Source: Chrysomallon squamiferum
Taxonomy: Eukaryota > Animalia > Mollusca
NCBI GenBank assembly: GCA_012295275.1
Contig: CM022676.1
Location: 682,001 to 746,000, forward strand
Length of the DNA: 64,000 bases
Direction of reading: 5' to 3'
Of this stretch, positions 42,001 to 55,000 are shown piece by piece. Below the pieces are notes generated by a model. It was not told the DNA's origin and did no database searches. It worked only from the letters and a program-made list of their open reading frames with translations. The translations under genes were made by a program, and so were the position numbers. Numbering within the stretch: position 1 is the stretch's first letter; the number at the start of each line of letters is the position of its first letter.

Positions 42001-43874
42001 TAAAATTTTGCATTTAGTGTCAGTATTTTGTGGGTTTTTAAAATAATACACAAAAAAGAAAAGAAAACAAAGAAATAAAATAAAAAAAGAATAAATCTTG
42101 AAGTGATTGCAACAACAATTCTTTTTGTAAGCAATAAAATCATTTATTTTTGAAATATGCATGATTTGTAATATTACCACTTACTCACCTACCATTAACA
42201 CACCACACACACAAAAACATGATGTAAATCTGTATACAAAGCAAAAAACATGATGTAAATCTGTATACCCAGTAAAACATGATGTAAATCTGAATACAGA
42301 GTAAAAAATGTGATGTAAAGCTGTATACCCAGTAATAAACATGATGCAAATCTGTATACCTAGTAAAACATGATGTAAATCTGTATACCCAGTAAAAAAT
42401 GATGTAAATCTGTATACCCAGTAAAAAATGTGATGTAAATCTGTATACCCAGTAAAACATGATGACCCAGTAAAACATGATGAATACCTAGTAAAAAACA
42501 TGATGTAAATCTGTATACCCAGTAAAAAAATGATGTAAATCTGTATACCCAGTAAAAAATGTGATGTAAATCTGTATACCCAGTAAAACATGATGTAAAT
42601 CTGTATACCCAGTAAAACATGATGTAAATCTGTATACCTAGTAAAACATGATGTAAATCTGTATACCCAGTAAAATATGATGTAAATCTGTATACCCAGT
42701 AAAACATGATGTAAATCTGTATACCCAGTAAAACATGATGTAAATCTGTATACCCAGTAAAACAGTAAAAGAGACAGTATGAAAGCACTGACCGCCTGTG
42801 TATGGCAGTTTCGGGTCACAGTTACAGTGGAAGTCGTTGAAGAGGTCGACACAAGCTGCATTGTTCAAACAAGGGTTGGGCTCGCAGTTGTTTGCGTCAT
42901 TCTCACAGCGTGCACCATCAAAGCCTGGAGGACAGGAGCACTGGTATATCCCATTCTTGAATACACAATGACCTCCATTTTGACACGGTGAACTTCGACA
43001 CAGGTCAGACTGCTGACACCGCCCTCCCACTGAAATTAAAAACAATATTTATACAATATTTATAATCCTTTAATACTTTTAACATTTATTTAATATCATA
43101 AAGCTTTATATTGGGTTAAAAGTTTACTTTCTTAAAAGATAATATTTAGAAATTTGTTATGAATTTATTGAATCATTTTGTCAGAGTATTTATGTGTTTT
43201 ACATATTTCACTCAAGTAAAATCACATGATCGCTTTCTCTTGAAAAAATGCTATGAATTATTTTTCAACCTTATAAAATATTTAGGAGTTCAGAAGAATA
43301 TTACACTTCAAACAACATTTATAATTCTTTAAAGAAGGTTCACTTTTATAAAAAAAATTTGCCTGATACACAACAGCAGTACCATTTATTTCCAGCCTGT
43401 AGCTTACATTTCAAAACTAAAAAAATAAAAATAATGTCAGCTAAATTATATGTTTACACAAATGCACACACAACTACACATACATTCATACAGACAGATG
43501 GACAAGAACAAAACTAAGAGATAAATAACACTCACATACAGAACACAATGAAAGAAAATTTACCTTCTTCATAGCCGTCAGGACACTGACAAACAACTGT
43601 CTCCAGTTTGTAGTTGTCGATGCACGTCGCCTGCTGACCACATGGCGATGGTGACGTTAAACATGGACTCTGTCTCACTTCACACAGCTCTCCTGTGTAA
43701 CCATAGCGACACTGACACAGCACACCATCCACCTGGTCAACACAGGTTGCACCGTTCATGCATGGATTAGAGGCACACTCATCTAGAGTACAAATATTTT
43801 AAAACATTTTTAAAATAATAAAACTTAGAGAAAATTCCAAATATTTAATATTATATGCGAGTTAGACATACAGT

Positions 43875-43931
<57 letters not shown>

Positions 43932-46749
43932 TCATTCATGCATGCACACACACACACGAACATGCATCCACACACACACACAAACACACATACACATGCA
44001 CACACACACACACACAGGGAAACTGTAAAAGAATAAGAAAAAACTGGTTTATACTTCACCACAGATGAAGGCACACAGAATGTAATATTCTTACTGATAT
44101 TGTGAGAATAAACTGTCAGCAAAAAATAAACTAACTGATATTTGCAGGTTATTTCTCACCTATATTTATCTCACAGTTTTCACCAGTGTAACCACGGTTA
44201 CAAATACATGTTCTGCCAATGTTGCCATATTCCACGCATCGTGAGTTGAATGCAGAACAAGGTTCCAGAGAACATGGACTCCGCCTAATTTCGCACCTGT
44301 AATTGCATCAAAGAAACACGTCTGTTTTTATCACTGATTTCCTATTCCAACTGTCTACTTCCATAAACAACATACAAAATGTCTACTTGATTCTTTTGAA
44401 CTGATAATAAACGTAGACATGTTTGTTTTTGTTTGGGGGGGGGTTTGTTTGGTTTTTATTGGCTTTTTTGTGGTTTTTGTTTTGTTCTGAATCTATAATT
44501 ATAAATATTTAAAGTGTAGTTATAAATATTTAAAGTGTATATTATAAATATTTAAAGCTGTAATTATAAATATTTAAAGCTGTAATTATAAATATTTAAA
44601 GTTTATATTATAAATATTTAAAGTGTATATTATAAATATTTAAAGTGTATCTTATAAATATTTAAAGTGTATCTTATAAATATTTAAAGCTGTAATTAGA
44701 AATGTTTAAAGCTGTAATTAGAAATGTTTAAAGCTGTAATTATATTTGATGCTATAATTATAAATATTTAATGTGTAGTTATAAATATTTAAAGTGTGTA
44801 TTATAAATATTTAAAGCTGTAATTATAAATATTTAAGGCTGTACTATTAAAAACTCACAGGCTGCCGGTGTAGCCGCTGAAGAGAGGACAGTGACAGGTG
44901 TATGATCGCAGTTTATCCTGACACACGCCGCTGTGACGGCATGGATTAACTTCACAGTCGTTGGCATCCTTCTCACAACGCTGCCCAGTGATTCGACCTT
45001 AGAACGTGTTAGTAACATCAGTTGTGAATTGTCATGTCAGAAAATATTTTTCAAGTTCTAATAAAACCTTGATTTTAATTTTACCAGAACATTATATACA
45101 TTATGCCAAAGTAATTCATTCTCAGTCTGACTATTAAATTAAAAAGAAATAAAATATTTTGTAAAATTATTATTATTATTATTATTATTATTTTACAAAA
45201 TTTAAAAAGTTTTAAAAAAAATCATTGTCTTTATAAATATTTATATTTTCTTCTTTGATGAAAAGAAATTATCTATTATTTTGTTTTAGCAAATCTCATA
45301 TAAGAAGGAATATAATTCATATTAAAAACAGTCTACACTGCTATGAAATATTAGTGGTTTGAAGCTGCTGTGTAAGTGCGTACTGGTGCCGCAGTAACAT
45401 GCGTATGATCCGTTTGAGTAGTTGACGCAGGATCCTTTGTTGTAGCACGGCCGAGAGCTGCACAGGTCCAGCAGAGTTTCACATGTCCGTCCAGTGTGAA
45501 CTGAAACAACAGCAGACACACTTAAACATCTACATCCAGTGTAAACTGAAAAACAGCACACACACTTAAATATCTACATCCAGTGTGAACTGAAACAACA
45601 GCACACACACTTAAACATCTACATTCAGTGTGAACTGAAACAACAGCACACACACTTAAACATCTACATCCAGTGTGAACTGAAACAACAGCACACACAC
45701 TTAAATATCTACATTCAGTGTGAACTGAAACAACAGCACACACACTTAAATATCTAAACATCTACATCAGTGTGAACTGACACACTTAAATACACACACT
45801 TAAATATCTACATCCAGTGTGAAAACAACAGCACACACACTTAAATATCTACATTCAGTGTGAACTGAAACAACAGCAGACACACTTAAACATCTACATC
45901 CAGTGTGAACTGAAACAACAGCAGACACACTTAAACATCTACATTCAGTGTAAACTGAAACAACAGCACACACACTTAAACATCTACATTCAGTGTGAAC
46001 TGAAACAACAGCAGACACACTTAAACATCTACATTCAGTGTAAACTGAAACAACAGCAGACACACTTAAACATCTACATTCAGTGTAAACTGAAACAACA
46101 GCAGACACACTTAAACATCTACATTCAGTGTAAACTGAAACAACAGCAGACACACTTAAACATCTACATTCAGTGTGAACTGAAACAACAGCAGACACAC
46201 TTAAACATCTACATTCAGTGTGAACTGAAACAACAGCAGACACACTTAAATATCTACATCCAGTGTGAACTGAAACAACAGCAGACACACTTAAATATCT
46301 ACATTCAGTGTGAACTGAAACAACAGCAGACACACTTAAATATCTACATCCAGTGTGAACTGAAACAACAGCAGACACACTTAAATATCTACATTCAGTG
46401 TGAACTGAAACAACAGCAGACACACTTAAACATCTACATTCAGTGTGAACTGAAACAACAGCACACACACTTAAACATCTACATTCAGTGTGAACTGAAA
46501 CAACAGCAGACACACTTAAACATCTACATTCAGTGTGAACTGAAACAACAGCACACACACTTAAACATCTACATTCAGTGTGAACTGAAACAACAGCACA
46601 CACACTTAAACATCTACATCCAGTGTAAACTGAAACAACAGCAGACACACTTAAATACACACACACTTAAATATCTACATATATATATATTTTGATATAC
46701 TATATACAGTTGAATACATATACTTAAACATCTACATATATATACATAG

Positions 46750-46786
<37 letters not shown>

Positions 46787-49700
46787 CTTTGATAGTCTAC
46801 ATACATACTTAAATACATACACAAATGCACATACATACTTCAGAATGCTATATATATATATATATACTCAAATACAAACATATACATACTTTGATATACT
46901 ATACACATACTTAAATACATATACACATACAAATACAAACATATATACATACTTTGATATACTATACACATACTTAAATACATACACACCTACATATATA
47001 TACATATTTAGATATATATATATATATATATATATACAGTCAAACCTGTATATAACAGCCACCCTCAGGATTCACAAAAGAGGCCATTAAAAGACAAGGG
47101 CACAGAGAAGTATTAAGTATGTTTTTAGTCAGTGGAACATAGTGGACTTTCCAAATTTTGAACTGCTGTGACCCTGGCTGCTATAGACAGGTGACTGCTC
47201 TGTACAGATCATTAGAGAAGAAAATGCTTCAAGAGGTTATTCGTTAGAAACAAATATTTAAAATTCTGTAATTAGAATTAAAATTCTATATATAGAACAC
47301 TATAATTAAAGCTCTATGTTTAAAACTCTACATCTGTAATTAAAAACGTATTTAAAAGTGTGTTCAATGGAAAGATTGTCACAGCTGTGTGTGGCTGAGT
47401 GCAGACGTACTGGGTTTGGAGCAGATGCACTGGAAGTCATGTCCTGCAACAACACACTGACCTCCGTTCTTACAGGGGTTTGGTTCACAGAAATAAACAT
47501 CTACAAAAACAAATCATTTTGTAAAGAAATCTACTTAAAAAGTGTTGAACACAAATCTTTTTTAAATATTTATATATGATAATAAATAATGACAATGATT
47601 GTGAAGCATTAATTATAGCCAAAGAAACCAATAAAAAACAAAAAATAATGATAAAAATAACAACGATATTGTGAACAAGTCTAAAGACTGAAAGACAAGT
47701 CTATGAAAACAAATTTTAATTACAATTAATTAGTTTTATTTATAATTATGAAAATAATGAGATCATCACAATGATAGTGTGATGATGAGGATACTGAAAA
47801 TAAAAGCTAAAAAGTTGAAAAATATGAAGATTACAATAGGAAAACAACTATATATTTTTCAGTATGTCAGTTAACAAGGAATGAAGTAAGTATTAGGAAC
47901 TGATGATTACTGTTAATAAATCTAAGTACATTTTTAATAAACTCAAGAACTTTATGGTTAGTAAAGATTGGTAGAGTTTCACCTGCTGAAACACACTGTG
48001 TCTGTGATGTTGACTGTTCTTGTAATGTAGTTTCATAGTCCATGCACTCTAAGCAGGTGGTCTGTCTAGCAAGGGGCTGATAGAAACCTCGTGGACAGAA
48101 CTGACAGGGTGAAAATCCACTGCTAGAGAACGAACCAGGTGAACACTGCACTGAAATGTACATCAAATACACATCACTGAAATGTACATCAAATACACAT
48201 CACTGAAATCAAATACACATCACTGAAATCAAATACACATCACTGAAATCAAATACACATCACTGAAATGTACATCAAATACACATCACTGAAATCAAAT
48301 ACACTGCACTGAAATGTACATCAAATACACATCACTGAAATCAAATACACTGCACTGAAATGTACATCAAATACACATCACTGAAATCAAATACACTGCA
48401 CTGAAATGTACATCAAATACATGTCACTGCTTTGTTTTAATTACAGCAAAATAAATTAATTATAAATCAACCATGCTTTCAAATGTATTAGCTATATAAA
48501 TATCCTGAATTTTTACATTATTTAACATTTTAGTTTAGTTTATTATATTATATATTTTTTAATTTGTTGTATGTTTAAAAAAATTTTAACCGAAAAAAAA
48601 CAGAACAAAAAAAAGCAACATAAATAACTAAAACAAAAGTAATATGTAAAATATCTCTTGGCTATGAGCTAGAAACAAATAATAAGTTGAAAATATGTAA
48701 AATAAAGAAAACTTTTAAACCATTTTTAACATGAAGCAAAATTGTAATATGGAAATATAAACAAAATGTATTTAGATAATGTTTATTAAAGATGTACCAC
48801 AAATATAAAAAGTTTGCTAAGACTTTTCACATATTTCAGACCACACAGTTTTATCTAAAATATGCAGTAATATGTTTACATAGAATGCTGAGGCAAAGTT
48901 TGACTGCAGTGAGGGATGTTTTAAATAAAGTATTTTTCACATAAAGATCTAACTAATATTTTAAATAAAGTATTTTTCACATAAAGAACTATGTAATATT
49001 TTAAATAAAGTGTTTTTCACATAAAGATCTAACTGATGTTTTAAATAAAAGTGTTTTTCACATAAAGATCTAATATTTTAAATAAAGTGTTTTTCACATA
49101 AAGATCTAAGTATGTAATGATGTAAATAAAGTAAAGTCTCACTCTGACACGCTGACACTGAGGTCTGCCTCGGGCCCCTGGTGAACGTGTTAGGGGCGCA
49201 GTTCTGACAGAAGGTAGGAGACACGCTGTATGTGTCGGGGGGACACATGTTACACGGGGCGTATCCTGTCGACGAGAACATGCCCTTAGGACACACTCCT
49301 GTAACACATCAGTAACATTAGTAACAGTAATAATGATAATAATGATAATGATGATAATGATAATGGTGATGACAACAACAACAAAAACAAAAATAACAAT
49401 AATAATAATAGTAATAATAATAACAATAATAACAAATGAATGGGAATAAAAACTGCCTTTAATAAATCTATTACATTTAATAAGTAACTTTCATTTTAAT
49501 ATAATAAAATGTAAATATACAGTAATAATAATACTAGTAAACATGATAATAATAATAAAAATAACTTACTAAAACATTCAGATTCACTGGTCAGTCCTGG
49601 CTCTGAATTGGTCATTCTAGCCATTGACGGACATTGCAGACAAACATTGCTGACCTCTGGGTCTCGATACTGTCCCACGTTGCACTTCACACAACTTCCA

Positions 49701-52004
49701 CTTCCTGAACCCACATAACCGGCTGGACATGACACTGAAATTCACACATTTAGTAATACAACTTGAAACACAGCACTGTCATCACAACACAGTGCATAGA
49801 ATATATTAACTTTAGTTGACACTCCAAAATAAAACTGACATCATAATAAAGACAAAAACAAATAGTAATATTAATAATAAAGTTTTCATCAACATATTTT
49901 TCTAAAGTATAACTGTTTCTTTCATGGTTGGTGTAGATTTTAATTTACTTGTTTAATTTTTGCTGTTTTTAGAGTCTTACTTGGATGATGCTAAGTGAAA
50001 TTTACTCCATGTTAAATAAAAACAATCAACTCACGAGATTAACTCAGAATTGTGAAATTAGGTAAATCAATGGACATCATTATCAAATTTATAATGCAAC
50101 AACAGAGAAGCAAACTGTAGACCTGTATGTGTAACATTAGTAAACACTACTGCAATGAAACATACCACATATCAGTGAACTGTCAGCAGCAGTCCGGATC
50201 TCTGCAGCACCATAGCAACCAGTGCCATCTTGTGTGGTTGCCACGTAGGTTGCCAAGGACGACGCAGTACATGTGTTTACAGGACTGAGCTTGGACACAG
50301 AGGACACTGATGATGTCATCTGTCTGAAGGCGTCTCTGATCTGCTGAGAACACTGCTGGTACGTTGCTGACGACAGACCCGATGGCTGCAGTTCAACGGT
50401 TACGTCTGCCGATACCTGACATCAAATCACACGTTTGTGTTAGACACTGGCAGGCTTACAAGTAATTCCTTTTATTATTCCCATATACAAAATATCCATG
50501 ATATAATTTAACTAATTTTATTAAAAGTAATGATCTGTTTACATTGTGTTCAAATTCATATTTCTTACATTGCAATATCATATTATGTAGTATCTGTAGA
50601 CATTTGGCGGTTTCAAACTAAATATAAATATAGGTTATGTATATTTATATTGGATACTGAAACATGCCAATGTCTATAAACCTGGGGCCCTTGTGATGTG
50701 TTTGGCCTAGTTCCCACAAGTAGTACATCCTGCCCTGGATGTGATTTCACAGTCAACTTACATATATTGTTATTATGATTCTTCTTCTTATTATTATTAT
50801 TAATGTTTTTGGTGGGGGTTTTGTCAACATGATTTATTTTATTGATTATACATAATTATTATTTTTATTTTTTTTTTACTTATAGTAGTATAGCACACAC
50901 AATATTTTGTCTGATATTTCTGGAAAAAATCTTTTTCACATTAAAATATCAACACTGAAGAAATTAAATATCATAAATTAAAATAAACAGAACTGATTAC
51001 TTAATGACAGAGATTAAATTAATGACAGCGATGAAAGTAAATGTTATAAAATAAATAAAATGTGTAAGATAAAAGAAAAGTAAAAACTCACACCACCGAA
51101 TGTTGACATGACAGTGACAGCGTGGAAGTTGCTTCTGTCTGGAATGGCGACAGCCACGTGGGGGATGATGTGGCTGCAGAGTGACGTCAGACTGCTGACA
51201 AGAGTTCTCAGATTGGCTGTCAGTTCTTGTTGGTATGACGACCTGCACTCATCGGTTACCGTGGTGAACGTACCAAGTGAGTATCTCAGGCGAACGGTTA
51301 CTCTGTACGCTGTTGTATCTTGTTCTGAAAACAGAGTACAAGTGTTTAGTTGCTGCAGACCTCTGCAATTCTCTGCACTGAAAGAAACGTTCTATTGTTC
51401 CAAATATTTGATTAGGTCAAACAGATTTGTAGTAAATACTTTACCATCAAAGTGTCTTAGCACAAAGACCACAAAAATAACTTAAACCTGCCAGGAAAAC
51501 TCTGGAGATGATTAATAATTCATGCTCGTTTCCTCTCCGTCATTATTCTATTTATAAAGATTTAATTTAACCTTCTTAATTATAAGAATTCTTTGTCACA
51601 AAGATAAGATAACTCTGTTTTAGTTGACATTCCTGATTACAAGAAGAGGGTTCAGTAAGAGAAATAATTACAAAGCTCACTCACGGACACAAACCGGTTC
51701 CTGTCGGTTCCAGTCAGAACCTGCAAAACACTGCAAGTCGACACTGGAAAGCTTCTCATTTTCATAGAACACGTAGCCAGGAACACACTCTACCGTGCAT
51801 CTGTACCCTCCCCCCACGGTCAAACACGACGTCCGACCATTCTTTATATTCAGGATCCATGACTGACATTTTGGAGCTGAAACCAGAAAACAAACTAATG
51901 TTCAAGTGTGAAACATAGGAAATGAAACAACTAAAACATTAAATAAATCATTAAAACTTATGACTTGGCTATATTAAAACAAGGGGTAGACGAAATAGTA
52001 AAAC

Positions 52005-52090
<86 letters not shown>

Positions 52091-55000
52091 AAAAAATAGC
52101 CATCAATTTGATCAAAATTTGATGCCGGCACAAAAGGAATCCATGATACGTTTTGTCAATATTGTGAACCGCTGTTGTCTGTGATCATGAAGTTTAAAAC
52201 AAAAGCACGCTTACAACAGAATCCCGACAAGATCGCACCAGTATGTAGAGGGGAGGGTCGATGGGAAGAACTTAATAAATTTGGAGGATTTATATTTAAA
52301 TAAAATAAAGTGTCTATTTTATGTTTCATCTCTGTTTACTTATTCGAAATGTCTTCCTTTCTCATAGCATTCTCAGTACTAGGCCTAATACTTGAGTCTT
52401 TGGGACATACATTCAAGGAGTTGGGCCCGGGCTCCAGCAGACGTTTTCACCTATTAGATCACACAGCCTGTTTTGAAAACAATTACTATAAAGCTTGATG
52501 AAGATTACTCATCAACAAAACTGGAGTTAACTTCACAGAAGGGTCAGTTGCTTAAATCTGTGAATGGATTCATTTATCTCTTTGACAGAAACTTAAGCAA
52601 TGGAAATAGTTCTTTGCGCTGTACTTCAAAAAAATGTCCAGATCGGATACATTTGAACAATAATCAGGTGACAAATGTAACATCACAATCATGTACAATG
52701 AAGTGAAGCAGTGTCTATCTACAGTCTGCGACTTCTCGAGATACACAGCGACTTTTGATTGAACAACAGCAAGATTCGCTCAACTTCCGAAATATGCATC
52801 CACTGAAAGAATGACAGAACTGCAGTCGTGGACTACCTATGATGTATTTCTTATAATGTGGAACTACACGTTTGAAGTTTTTGTTATTTGTTTATTAGAC
52901 AATCTGAAAAAACTGAAGTTGATGACTATCTTGGAATGCTTATAATTTATAACTAACGTTTGAAGTCTATGATTTGTGTCCTAATGTTTCTTAAATAATA
53001 ATTGAAATAATAACAAATATTTTACTGTCTTACGTCGTCCCACCAACGAAAACTCATAAAACAAAGTAAATAGAAAACTCATAAAACAAAGTAAACAGAA
53101 AACTCATAAAACAAAGTAAATAGAAAACTCATAAAACAAAGTAAACAGAAAACTCATAAAACAAAGTAAACAGAAAACTCATAAAACAAAGTAAACAGAA
53201 AACTCATAAAACAAAGTAAATAGAAAACTCATAAAACAAAGTAAACAGAAAACTCATAAAACAAAGTAAACAGAAAACTCATAAAACAAAGTAAATAGAA
53301 ATATAATAATAAATATCTGTAAAAAACATATCTTTATCAGACAGAGGGATGTTGAAATTATAAACATCTTGACAAGTAATTGATCAAATGTTTTTTATAA
53401 ATTAAAATATCAGTTTTCCGCTTTCTAAATATATTCATGCTGCATTCTGTTAGTATAAAAATATCACAAAACTGAACAGTTAACACTGATTTATTGTTTA
53501 CTTTCAAACCACTGAGTTATTTAAGCCATTTTCTGTAATAAATACATGCATATTAAGATTTATCTGTAACAAGTATATGTATAATGTTTTACCTGTAACA
53601 AGTATATGTATGATGTTTTACCTGTAACAAGTATATGTATGATGTTTTACCTGTGACAAGTATATGTATGATGTTTTACCTGTGACAAGTATATGTATGA
53701 TGTTTTACCTGTGACAAGTATATGTATGATGTTTTACCTGTGACAAGTATATGTATGATGTTTTACCTGTGACAAGTATATGTATGATGTTTTACCTGTG
53801 ACAAAGTATATGTATGATGTTTTACCTGTGACAAGTATATGTATGATGTTTTACCTGTGACAAGTATATGTATGATGTTTTACCTGTAACAAGTATATGT
53901 ATGATGTTTTACCTGTGACAAGTATATGTATGATGTTTTACCTGTGACAAGTATATGTATGATGTTTTACCTGTGACAAGTATATGTATGATGTTTTACC
54001 TGTAACAAGTATATGTATGATGTTTTACCTGTAACAAGTATATGTATGATGTTTTACCTGTGACAAGTATATGTATGATGTTTTACCTGTGACAAGTATA
54101 TGTATGATGTGTTACCTGTAACAAGTATATGTATGATGTTTTACCTGTGACAAGTATATGTATGATGTTTTACCTGTGACAAGTATATGTATGATGTGTT
54201 ACCTGTGACAAGTATATGTATGATGTTTTACCTGTAACAAGTATATGTATGATGTTTTACCTGTAACAAGTATATGTATGATGTGTTACCTGTGACAAGT
54301 ATATGTATGATGTTTTACCTGTGACAAGTATATGTATGATGTGTTACCTGTAACAAGTATATGTATGATGTTTTACCTGTAACAAGTATATGTATGATGT
54401 TTTACCTGTAACAAGTATATGTATGATGTGTTACCTGTGACAAGTATATGTATGATGTTTTACCTGTGACAAGTATATGTATGATGTTTTACCTGTAACA
54501 AGTATATGTATGATGTTTTACCTGTGACAAGTATATGTATGATGTGTTACCTGTGACAGTGAACTGTACGACGCACTTTTCTTCGTTCCCCTCGTCGTCT
54601 GACGCTGTAATCAGCACAGTGTGCAGTCTGCCGATGCTCAGTTTGTCCAGTGTCAGCTCTTTCACCGAGTATGACAGAATGACGTTGCCGGAGTTGTCAC
54701 TGGCCTGCTCAACAAAGTCAGATGCATCAACAGTGATGACGTCATCAGCACTTCGAATCCGAACTTCAGACCAGTTCTTACATGTCAGTTTAGGAGGCTC
54801 AGTGTCTGAACAAAGCATAACACAGAGTAACAACAATCATCTCTAAAACTGTTTAACTTTAGAAATGTGAAAACCACATGTGAAAAAAAATATGCAAATC
54901 TGCAATTTCAGTACATCAAACAATACATAAAATAAATACAACATATTTGTGCAGGTCACTACCTGAATTTCAAAGAACTGCAAGTGGATATCTTGAATTA

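Noticed and set aside
42181-42861. Hydrophobic 226-aa ORF resembling a membrane protein
   Set aside because: It is the 29-bp minisatellite read through from an exon in a shifted frame.
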